DNA of 32,000 nt from Candidatus Scalindua sp. (GTDB lineage Bacteria; Planctomycetota; Brocadiia; Brocadiales; Scalinduaceae). Below are positions 24,882 through 32,000 of the stretch, one piece after another. Every line of letters starts with the position of its first letter. The first letter of the stretch is position 1. The notes beneath the pieces were generated by a model that saw nothing but the letters and a program-made list of their open reading frames with translations, did no database searches and had not been told where the DNA came from. Made by a program: the position numbers and the translations under genes. The DNA is taken from NCBI GenBank assembly GCA_031316235.1, contig JALDRA010000001.1, positions 2,670,001 through 2,702,000 of the forward strand, read 5' to 3'.

Positions 24882-27776
24882 ATGGAGAGCAGGATAGAAG
24901 TTTTTACGAAGAGAGAATTTCCGGATGTCCTTGGAAATGAAGCCAAGTCTGAGATTGAGAATATCGGGATTACTTCGGTAGATGAAATCCGTATCGTACA
25001 GGTGTACGTGCTGGGTGGTGACTTATCGAAAGAAGAGATTCGGTGCATTTGCGACGAATTGCTCACAGATCAATTGACACAGGGATACATTTTTGAGGGC
25101 AGTACATCTGAAAAAAAAATGTCCGGTCAGAAAAAGGAAGAGTGCAGCGCTTCTTATTCGGTTGACGTCGTCCGCAAGCGTGGAGTAATGGATCCCGTAG
25201 AGGCGACAGTTATGAAAGGGATTAAGGATCTGGGCCTCCGTGTTGACTCAGTTAAAACGGCCAGGAGGTTTTTGATAACCGGTAAGCTCACGGTTGAACA
25301 GCTTGAGACTGTTGCTGACAAGATACTTTCCAACAGGACAATAGAAGATGTTTTTATTAATGAAGATTCCTCGATTCATGGAAACGGGAAAAGTATCGTA
25401 GACGGTGTTTTCAGGAAAAACACGCTTGAGCTGATCGGTGTCGATGATGATGAACTTCTCTCTATAAGTGAAAGGCGGCAATTATCATTAAATTTCGATG
25501 AGATGAAGGCTGTTCAGGTTTATTTTGAAGGATTAGGAAGAGATCCTACTGATGTGGAATTGGAAACTATCGCGCAAACATGGTCTGAGCATTGTCTGCA
25601 TAAGACGCTCAAGGGCATTATAGAGTATGATGGTGAGGTTATTAACGATCTTCTTGCTAATACCATTATGAAGGTTACTTCAGAATTACAAAAGCCCTGG
25701 TGTGTTTCAGTATTTAAAGACAATGCGGGAATTATTGAGTTTGATGAAGAGTACAATATCTGTTTCAAGGTGGAAACACACAACCATCCATCAGCAATAG
25801 AGCCTTATGGTGGTGCAAATACCGGAATCGGTGGTGTTATCAGAGATACCCTCGGAACAGGACTCGGCGCTAAACCGATCTTAAATACCAATGTTTTTTG
25901 TTTCGGGCCTTTGGATATTCCGTATGAAGAGCTTCCGGATGGTGTGCTTCATCCGAGAAGAACTTTCAAAGGTGTCGTGTCAGGTGTCCGTGATTATGGT
26001 AACCGAATGGGTATTCCTACTGCAAACGGTGCAATCTTCTTTGACAAAAGGTATCTCTATAATCCCCTTGTTTATTGTGGGAATGTAGGCCTGATACCAA
26101 GGGACAAATGTGAAAAGAGATCTTACCGTGGTGATCTCATATTGCTTGTAGGCGGCAGGACGGGAAGGGATGGCATTCACGGTGCAACATTTTCGTCTAT
26201 CGGATTGACACAACAATCTGAAGTTGTCAGTGGAGGGGCCGTGCAAATTGGTAATCCAATCATGGAGAAAAAGATTACCGATGCCCTGCTGGCGGCACGC
26301 GATCGTGGACTGTATAATAATATTACTGATTGCGGCGCGGGTGGCTTATCTTCGGCTATTGGTGAGATGGGTGAAGAGCTGGGAGCGGTTGTCGATCTGG
26401 AAAAAGTACCGCTGAAATACGAGGGATTGAATTACTCAGAAATCTGGATTTCTGAGGCGCAGGAGAGGATGGTACTTTCCGTTCCTCCGGAAAATATTGC
26501 AGCGATTAAGGATGTTTTTGAGCAGGAAGATGTCGAGGCCGTAATTATTGGAGAGTTTACAGGGGATAAGAAACTGCACCTGCGGTATCAGGGAGAAACG
26601 GTAGCGGATCTTGAGATGTTGTTCCTGCATAAGGGTTTTCCCCGGATTAAACGCAAGGCTACCAGTCGTTCTTCTCAGAATGAAGAGCCACAAATCGGGG
26701 ATAAAACAGATTATGGTGCAGACTTAAAGAAGATCCTCTCTTCATGGAACGTATGCAGTAAAGAGTGGGTGATTCGGCAATATGACCATGAAGTACAGGG
26801 GGGAAGTGTTTTGAAACCGCTTCAGGGAATTGATAATGATGGCCCGGGCGATGCCTGTATTATCAGGCCGATCCTGAACTCTCAGAAGGGTATTATTGTT
26901 TCTAATGGTATGAATCCTAAATATGGGGATATTGATGCGTATCATATGGCGGGTTCTGCAATTGACGAGGCTTTGAGACAAATAATCTCTGTTGGGGGCA
27001 ATTTAAAGAGGGCCGCACTTCTTGATAATTTTAGCTGGGGAAATACTGATAAGCCTGAATATCTGGGAGATCTGGTTGAGGCGGCGAAGGGGTGTTACGA
27101 TATCGCTCTTTATTATGAGACCCCTTTTATCTCGGGGAAGGACAGTCTGCATAATGAATTCAGGCTTGGAGATCGAACGGTTTCTATACCACATTCACTC
27201 TTGATTTCTGCTCTCTGTATAATGCCGGATGTTACCAAGGCCGTATCGATGGACGTGAAGCAGCCTGGTAATCTTATCTACATCCTGGGGCTGACAAAAG
27301 CTGAGCTTGGTGGCTCTCATTATTATCAGAATCATGGTTTTACCGGTAATAGCGTTCCGAAAGTAGACACTACGATCGGCAAACTGGTGATGGATTCCCT
27401 GGCAAGCACTACTGACAGGGGGTTGGTGCGATCGTGTCATGATTGTTCGGAAGGAGGACTGGCCGTTGCAGCAGCTGAGATGAGTTTTTCCGGTGGTTAC
27501 GGCCTGGAATTGAACCTCTCCAGCGTTCCTGTTGAGGCGGGTGTTGTTAACGATGATGTAATTCTTTTCTCAGAATCGAACTCCCGTTTTATTGTTGAAG
27601 TGGAGGCTGAGAATCTAAAGGAGTTTGAAAGGCTGATCAGGGATATACCCTACGGGTGCATTGGCAGGGTTGTGGAAAATGACCTGTTTGTGGTCCATGC
27701 CCGTAAAGGAGGCACTCTCATTTCTGAAAAGATTGCTGATCTCAAAGAAGCATGGCAGGCAACTCTGAGGCTCTAG
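24882..27776 (+). CDS. purL: Phosphoribosylformylglycinamidine synthase subunit PurL with two N-terminal PurS-like repeats
   Basis: Core PurL motifs WSEHCLHK, ETHNHPSAIEPYGGANTGIGGVIRD and GRDGIHGATFSS. The first ~175 aa contain two segments resembling PurS (GVMDPVEATV...KILSNRTIEDV versus the PurS pattern VLDPQG...KLLANxVIEDY). Confidence 0.9.
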   Translation: MESRIEVFTKREFPDVLGNEAKSEIENIGITSVDEIRIVQVYVLGGDLSKEEIRCICDELLTDQLTQGYIFEGSTSEKKMSGQKKEECSASYSVDVVRKRGVMDPVEATVMKGIKDLGLRVDSVKTARRFLITGKLTVEQLETVADKILSNRTIEDVFINEDSSIHGNGKSIVDGVFRKNTLELIGVDDDELLSISERRQLSLNFDEMKAVQVYFEGLGRDPTDVELETIAQTWSEHCLHKTLKGIIEYDGEVINDLLANTIMKVTSELQKPWCVSVFKDNAGIIEFDEEYNICFKVETHNHPSAIEPYGGANTGIGGVIRDTLGTGLGAKPILNTNVFCFGPLDIPYEELPDGVLHPRRTFKGVVSGVRDYGNRMGIPTANGAIFFDKRYLYNPLVYCGNVGLIPRDKCEKRSYRGDLILLVGGRTGRDGIHGATFSSIGLTQQSEVVSGGAVQIGNPIMEKKITDALLAARDRGLYNNITDCGAGGLSSAIGEMGEELGAVVDLEKVPLKYEGLNYSEIWISEAQERMVLSVPPENIAAIKDVFEQEDVEAVIIGEFTGDKKLHLRYQGETVADLEMLFLHKGFPRIKRKATSRSSQNEEPQIGDKTDYGADLKKILSSWNVCSKEWVIRQYDHEVQGGSVLKPLQGIDNDGPGDACIIRPILNSQKGIIVSNGMNPKYGDIDAYHMAGSAIDEALRQIISVGGNLKRAALLDNFSWGNTDKPEYLGDLVEAAKGCYDIALYYETPFISGKDSLHNEFRLGDRTVSIPHSLLISALCIMPDVTKAVSMDVKQPGNLIYILGLTKAELGGSHYYQNHGFTGNSVPKVDTTIGKLVMDSLASTTDRGLVRSCHDCSEGGLAVAAAEMSFSGGYGLELNLSSVPVEAGVVNDDVILFSESNSRFIVEVEAENLKEFERLIRDIPYGCIGRVVENDLFVVHARKGGTLISEKIADLKEAWQATLRL

Positions 27777-27916
27777 GCCTGGTATCATCATTGAACGTTT
27801 AATCTTTCAATAATTATTATAAGTCCACTAAACCGGGTAACGGCATCGGCTGGTGGCGTAAAATGGTCAGATTTTTTAACTATTTTATCCTTTAAATTGG
27901 TAAAAACATTAGGGTT

Positions 27917-28765
27917 ATGAGAGATAAAGCTTGTGACGAACTGAAACCAAAAGTTGTTATTATTCGTACCGCAGGGACGAACTGTGATTATGAGACGAGA
28001 TATGCACTTGAAAGAGTTGGTGCCAGCGTTGACATGATACACATTAATCAGTTGGTGAAGGAAAAAGAGCTTCTGGAGCTGTATCAAATGGTAGTTTTAC
28101 CGGGCGGATTTACCTACGGCGATGATATTGCGGCAGGAAAGGTTCTGGCAAATCAACTCCGCTATCATTTGCTGGATGATCTTCTCCGGTTTGTTGATGA
28201 GGGGAAACTGATAGTGGGGATTTGTAATGGTTTTCAGGTTCTCGTAAAGATGGGCCTGTTGCCGGGAGTGAACGGCTCTGCCTCTTCTCAGGAACCTCGG
28301 GGACAGGCATTTACATTAACATATAACGATTCCAGCAAATTTGAAGATAGGTGGGTTTATGTGAAGGCTTTTTCAAATAAATCTGTTTTTATTGAAAAAG
28401 ATACGATATTATATATCCCGGTGGCGCATGCAGAGGGAAAGTTTATTGGAAGGAGTGAGGAGGCACTTGAATTGCTTTTCCGATCGGGGCAGATAGTCTT
28501 CAAGTATGTTGATAAAGAGGGCAATGAATCTGGGTATCCCTGGAATCCCAATGGTTCACTAGCTAATATTGCAGGGGTGTGTGATCCAACTGGCCGCATC
28601 CTTGGGATCATGCCGCACCCTGAACGCTATATTGAACCGACCCAGCATCCACGATGGACGCGTGAGGGTTTAAAAGATGAGGGGGATGGTATGGTAATTT
28701 TTCGAAAGGCGGTTGATTATATGAGGGAGAAATCGTGGAAGGAAAAGAGAGTAATAAACAGGTAA
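27917..28765 (+). CDS. purQ: Phosphoribosylformylglycinamidine synthase glutamine amidotransferase subunit
   Basis: IIRTAGTNCD, LPGGFTYGDD, GICNGFQ (catalytic Cys), HAEGKF and MPHPER. Confidence 0.9.
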   Translation: MRDKACDELKPKVVIIRTAGTNCDYETRYALERVGASVDMIHINQLVKEKELLELYQMVVLPGGFTYGDDIAAGKVLANQLRYHLLDDLLRFVDEGKLIVGICNGFQVLVKMGLLPGVNGSASSQEPRGQAFTLTYNDSSKFEDRWVYVKAFSNKSVFIEKDTILYIPVAHAEGKFIGRSEEALELLFRSGQIVFKYVDKEGNESGYPWNPNGSLANIAGVCDPTGRILGIMPHPERYIEPTQHPRWTREGLKDEGDGMVIFRKAVDYMREKSWKEKRVINR

Positions 28766-29241
28766 TAGACATGAGTTGTGTGAGAGACATTGTCTCAAAA
28801 TTTGCAGACAGAGACGATCCAAACCTCATATCTGTATTGCAGCAGGCACAGGATGAATATGGATATTTACCAAAATCTGTGTTGAAGGAGATTTCATCTG
28901 TAATGGATATTCCATTAACCAGGATATTTGGTGTGGTCACTTTTTATTCCCAGTTCACTCTAACACCCCGGGGAAGGCATTCTATAAAGGTATGCAGCGG
29001 CACTGCCTGTCATGTAAAGGGTGCGGAAGGTGTGAAGCAAAAGCTCAGAGATGAATTACAGATAAATGAGGGAGAAACAACCCCGGATTACCAATTTACC
29101 CTGGAAACAGTAGCATGTATAGGGACTTGTTTTCTTGCGCCGGTAATGATGGTGGATGAGAGATATTACGGGAAATTGACAGCAGATAAAACGTCTGATA
29201 TTGTAGGCACATATTCAAATAAAAAACTTGGGAGTGAATAA
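28735..29241 (+). CDS. NuoE/HoxE/FdsG-like thioredoxin-fold [2Fe-2S] protein
   Basis: ISVLQQAQDEYGYLP, VVTFYSQF, VCSGTACHVKG and CIGTCFLAPVM (Cys-x4-Cys ... Cys-x3-Cys). GTG 28735 follows GAGGGAG, and ATG 28771 is an alternative start that avoids overlap with purQ. Confidence 0.82.
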   Translation: MEGKESNKQVIDMSCVRDIVSKFADRDDPNLISVLQQAQDEYGYLPKSVLKEISSVMDIPLTRIFGVVTFYSQFTLTPRGRHSIKVCSGTACHVKGAEGVKQKLRDELQINEGETTPDYQFTLETVACIGTCFLAPVMMVDERYYGKLTADKTSDIVGTYSNKKLGSE

Positions 29242-30878
29242 TGCTGAAGAGCTTGAAATCTAATGATGACCTCGTTGCCATGAAGGAGGCATGTGAAGAA
29301 AAGTTTAAGTCTGATAAGGTAAGGGTATACGTCTGCATGACGGGGTGCCGTGCACTTGGTGCTGAAGAGGTATACGGTGAATTTCAAAAACAGGTAAAGA
29401 CGCAGGGCCTGGAAGATAAAGTTGAAGTTGTAGAGACCGGTTGCCAGGGTTTGTGTGCAAAGGCGCCCGTTATGACGATAGATCCGCCGGGAATTTTCTA
29501 TGGAAGGGTGTCCGTAGATAGTGTTCCTGAAATAATATCAAGTACAATTTTGAAGGGTGAGGTCATTAATAAGCTTTGTTATGCTGAGTCTGGTAAGAAG
29601 ATTCCGTATATGAAAGATATCCCCTTTTATAACAGGCAACAGAAGGTTGTTCTCAGAAACTGTGGGGTTATTGATCCAAAAAATGTGGAGCACTATATAG
29701 CCAGAAAAGGGTACGAAGGTCTGGCAAGGGCTCTTTTCCACCTTCCGCCTGAGGGAATTATCAAGGAAATTGAGAACTCCGGGCTCAGGGGGCGGGGAGG
29801 TGGTGGTTTTCCGACCGGGACCAAGTGGGGGTTTGTTCGAAAAGCAAAGAGTGATATAAAATATATTGTATGCAATGCGGATGAAGGAGATCCGGGTGCC
29901 TTTATGGACAGAGCGATATTGGAAGGCGATCCACATGCAGTTGTTGAGGGGATGATCACGGCCGCTTTTGCTATTGGCGCCAACAAAGGTTTTGTGTATG
30001 TAAGGGCTGAATATCCGATTGCGGTTGATCATCTTGAGTTCGCTATTCATCAGGCAAGGCAACTCAACTTGCTTGGTGATAATATCCTGGGATCTGGCTT
30101 TAATTTCGATCTGGAGATAAAAAAGGGTGCAGGTGCCTTTGTGTGCGGTGAGGAGACAGCTTTGATCGCTTCCATTGAGGGCAAGAGAGGAATGCCGCGT
30201 CCTCGTCCACCTTTTCCTGCAATCTCGGGTTTATGGCAGAAGCCTACCAATATAAACAATGTGGAGACATTTGCCAACGTTCCCTTGATAATGCAACATG
30301 GTTCGGAATGGTATAAGCAATTCGGCACGAAAAATGGTTCCGGCACAAAAATATTTGCACTGGCGGGGAATGTAAAGAATACCGGATTGGTAGAAGTTCC
30401 CATGGGAACAACTCTCAGGGAGATTGTCTTCGATATTGGGGGTGGCATACCGGGACGTCGCCAGTTTAAGGCTGCTCAGATGGGAGGACCCTCAGGAGGC
30501 TGTGTTCCTGCCGAGCATCTGGATCTGCCAATTGACTATGAGTCAGTAAAAGAGGTTGGTGCGATTATGGGATCCGGCGGACTTATAGTCATGGATGAGA
30601 AGACATCGATGGTTGAGATTGCAAGGTATTTTATGGAATTTGTTCAAGAAGAGTCTTGTGGGAAATGCGGTCCCTGCAGGATTGGTACGAAAAGGATGCT
30701 GGAAGTGTTGACAAGACTCGTTGCTGGTAATGGCTGCAGGGAGGATATTGAGGATTTGACAAAGATGGCACATGTCACGAAAAATGCCTCTTTGTGCGGA
30801 CTTGGGCAGACAGCTCCAAACCCCGTATTGTCAACAATCAGGTTTTTTCTGAAAGAATTTGAAGAGCTTATTCCATGA
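29241..30878 (+). CDS. NuoF/HoxF/FdsB-like NAD(H)-binding FMN/[4Fe-4S] flavoprotein with an N-terminal thioredoxin-like [2Fe-2S] domain
   Basis: GLRGRGGGGFPTGTKW (FMN/NADH site), CNADEGDPGAF, ESCGKCGPCRIG and LCGLGQTAPNP. The N-terminus has CMTGCRALG...GCQGLCAKAP. Its ATG overlaps the previous TAA by 1 nt. No C-terminal ferredoxin domains. Confidence 0.88.
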   Translation: MLKSLKSNDDLVAMKEACEEKFKSDKVRVYVCMTGCRALGAEEVYGEFQKQVKTQGLEDKVEVVETGCQGLCAKAPVMTIDPPGIFYGRVSVDSVPEIISSTILKGEVINKLCYAESGKKIPYMKDIPFYNRQQKVVLRNCGVIDPKNVEHYIARKGYEGLARALFHLPPEGIIKEIENSGLRGRGGGGFPTGTKWGFVRKAKSDIKYIVCNADEGDPGAFMDRAILEGDPHAVVEGMITAAFAIGANKGFVYVRAEYPIAVDHLEFAIHQARQLNLLGDNILGSGFNFDLEIKKGAGAFVCGEETALIASIEGKRGMPRPRPPFPAISGLWQKPTNINNVETFANVPLIMQHGSEWYKQFGTKNGSGTKIFALAGNVKNTGLVEVPMGTTLREIVFDIGGGIPGRRQFKAAQMGGPSGGCVPAEHLDLPIDYESVKEVGAIMGSGGLIVMDEKTSMVEIARYFMEFVQEESCGKCGPCRIGTKRMLEVLTRLVAGNGCREDIEDLTKMAHVTKNASLCGLGQTAPNPVLSTIRFFLKEFEELIP

Positions 30879-31594
30879 AGATAGTCTCTGTGCTGGGTAC
30901 GGCAAGTAATACGGGTAAAACTACTGTGGCATCATACATTATCAGGAGTTTGTCGGAATGCATACGCAACGTTAGCGGAGAGAACATAAAAGCAAGCGGA
31001 TTGGGTGCCTTAAAAATTACCGTCAGGCATGAGGGGGTATGTCCCAGGCATACACAGTGCGACACATGCGATACTCATGAGACACCGTTTCAGATTATAA
31101 CGAGTGATGAAATTATCAGGGAAGAAGGGAAAGATACCGCGTGCCTGTTAAATTCAGGGGCAGGTAACGTGGTCTGGCTGCAAACTGACTCAGATGTGGA
31201 AAGAGAGAGCATTGAGGCGGCTCTTGGTTGCTTTGATAAAGACAAAATATTAATTGTTGAAGGAAATAGCCTTCTGCGTGTGATGGATGCTGATATTTCT
31301 ATTTTAGTGGCAACACCTTCCGTAAAAAAGATGAAAAGATCTGCAAAACTCTTACTCAATAGAATAGATATTGTTGCCATTAACATGCATAATGATGATA
31401 GCGTGGAGCAGTTGAGAGAGTGTAAAAAAGAGTTGGGTGATTTCGGCTCTCGAATAGTCCCGTTTTATATGATCAACCCCTGCAAAGACAATGTCTATTC
31501 CAATAAAGCATTCATTGAGAAAATATGGTATTCTTTATATGGCGAGCCTCTCGATCACAATTTCTGGTCAAAAAAACAGAAAATTGCCGGTTGA
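30875..31594 (+). CDS. MobB-like P-loop NTPase with an inserted Cys motif
   Basis: Walker A GTASNTGKTTV. LKITVRHEG, GKDTACLLNSGAGNVVW and ILIVEGNS parallel the MobB pattern (IKHTHH, GKDS..AGA, LVEGFK). Inserted CPRHTQCDTC. ATGA overlap with the NuoF-like stop. Confidence 0.55.
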   Translation: MKIVSVLGTASNTGKTTVASYIIRSLSECIRNVSGENIKASGLGALKITVRHEGVCPRHTQCDTCDTHETPFQIITSDEIIREEGKDTACLLNSGAGNVVWLQTDSDVERESIEAALGCFDKDKILIVEGNSLLRVMDADISILVATPSVKKMKRSAKLLLNRIDIVAINMHNDDSVEQLRECKKELGDFGSRIVPFYMINPCKDNVYSNKAFIEKIWYSLYGEPLDHNFWSKKQKIAG

Positions 31595-31645
31595 GAGACT
31601 CGCTTCAGATTTTATTGTACCATAGGGGTGGTGATTGTCGTAAAA

Positions 31646-31770
31646 CCAGATGTTGAACGAAAACCGCCCGGACACAAGCTGCGCAATGAGTTCTTGTCCG
31701 GCAAGGTCTCATGTACCTCAGGCTTGGGGGGATTATTGACGCAACCCCGCAGTTTCCGTTCAACAACTGG
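31646..31770. repeat. 19-bp imperfect inverted repeat (17/19) enclosing 87 nt with internal hairpins
   Basis: CCAGATGTTGAACGAAAAC (31646-31664) pairs with GTTTCCGTTCAACAACTGG (31752-31770). An inner hairpin pairs CCGGACA(CA)AG with CTTGTCCGG (31668-31701). Confidence 0.7.
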
Positions 31771-31829
31771 ATAGCAAGAATTGGTTTTGGTATATGAAAG
31801 GCTGAATGGCGATTCAAGAGACCTCCAGT

Positions 31830-32000
31830 ATGAAATGGGTTTTTTCTCCCCTGAGTAATGATCTTCGAGATGAGATTGCTCGTTCTCTCCGTATCTCACC
31901 GATAGTATCTCATATCCTGATTAACCGGGGGGTAACAGATGTTGGCGCTGCAAAAATGTTTTTAAGACCTCAACTCTCTTTTCTTCGTGACCCTGCACTC
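31830..32000 (+). CDS. recJ: Single-stranded-DNA-specific exonuclease RecJ, 5' part (runs off the window)
   Basis: My own translation from ATG 31830 gives MKWVFSPLSNDLRDEIARSLRISPIVSHILINRGVTDVGAAKMFLRPQLSFLRDPAL. This is the typical RecJ N-terminal pattern (ISP..A.IL.NRG.....A..FL.P.L..L.DP). The frame stays open to position 32000 and is not in the supplied ORF track. Confidence 0.7.
   Translation, partial: MKWVFSPLSNDLRDEIARSLRISPIVSHILINRGVTDVGAAKMFLRPQLSFLRDPAL

Noticed and set aside
31605-31899. Two overlapping minus-strand ORFs (70 and 95 aa) in the spacer before recJ.
   Set aside because: One overlaps the recJ start. Both run through the strongly structured inverted-repeat region, are Cys/Pro/Arg-rich without motifs, and lack an SD.
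1-32000. Looked for CRISPR arrays, tRNA/rRNA genes, integrase or transposase genes, toxin-antitoxin pairs and classic defence-system genes.
   Set aside because: No regularly spaced direct repeats, no tRNA-like T-arm or acceptor signatures, and no recombinase or defence-protein motifs were seen. The only repeat family found is the MITE-like pair around accA.

Overview
Gene-dense, mostly plus-strand chromosomal segment of a moderately AT-rich bacterium; most genes are housekeeping. No rRNA, tRNA or CRISPR array was seen.

(1) 129-11215: a tightly coupled cell-wall (dcw) operon, murE-murF-mraY-ftsW-murG-murC-murB-ddl-ftsQ, with overlapping stop/start junctions. There is no murD between mraY and ftsW, and no ftsA/ftsZ after ftsQ. 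That pattern is known from FtsZ-less Planctomycetota, including anammox lineages, but the taxonomic call is inference only.

(2) 11501-15862: the most unusual part and my best candidate for an undescribed system, sitting where ftsA/ftsZ normally follow ftsQ. It starts with a monocistronic 155-aa protein that has its own promoter-like site, strong SD and intrinsic terminator; its C-terminus looks like the glycyl-radical tail of anaerobic ribonucleotide reductase NrdD without the Zn-ribbon. Next comes a 631-aa fusion of an HgdC/BcrAD-BadFG-type ATPase 'activator' with a 2-hydroxyacyl-CoA-dehydratase-family (HGD-D) domain, then a second 425-aa HGD-D subunit. No CoA-transferase, acyl-CoA or radical-SAM genes are nearby.

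(3) 15990-20577: RNase H-like gene, HDAC-family deacetylase, rpsT, def-fmt and a DUF116-like Cys-rich protein.

(4) 20934-23600: two hypothetical genes (one secreted) and accA. accA is bracketed by two inverted copies (115 and 141 nt) of a MITE-like repeat.

(5) 23944-28765: tyrA, a purL carrying two N-terminal PurS-like repeats, and purQ.

(6) 28735-31594: a NuoE/NuoF-like flavoprotein pair translationally coupled to a MobB-like P-loop protein. A structured 235-nt spacer follows, and the 5' end of recJ runs off the window.
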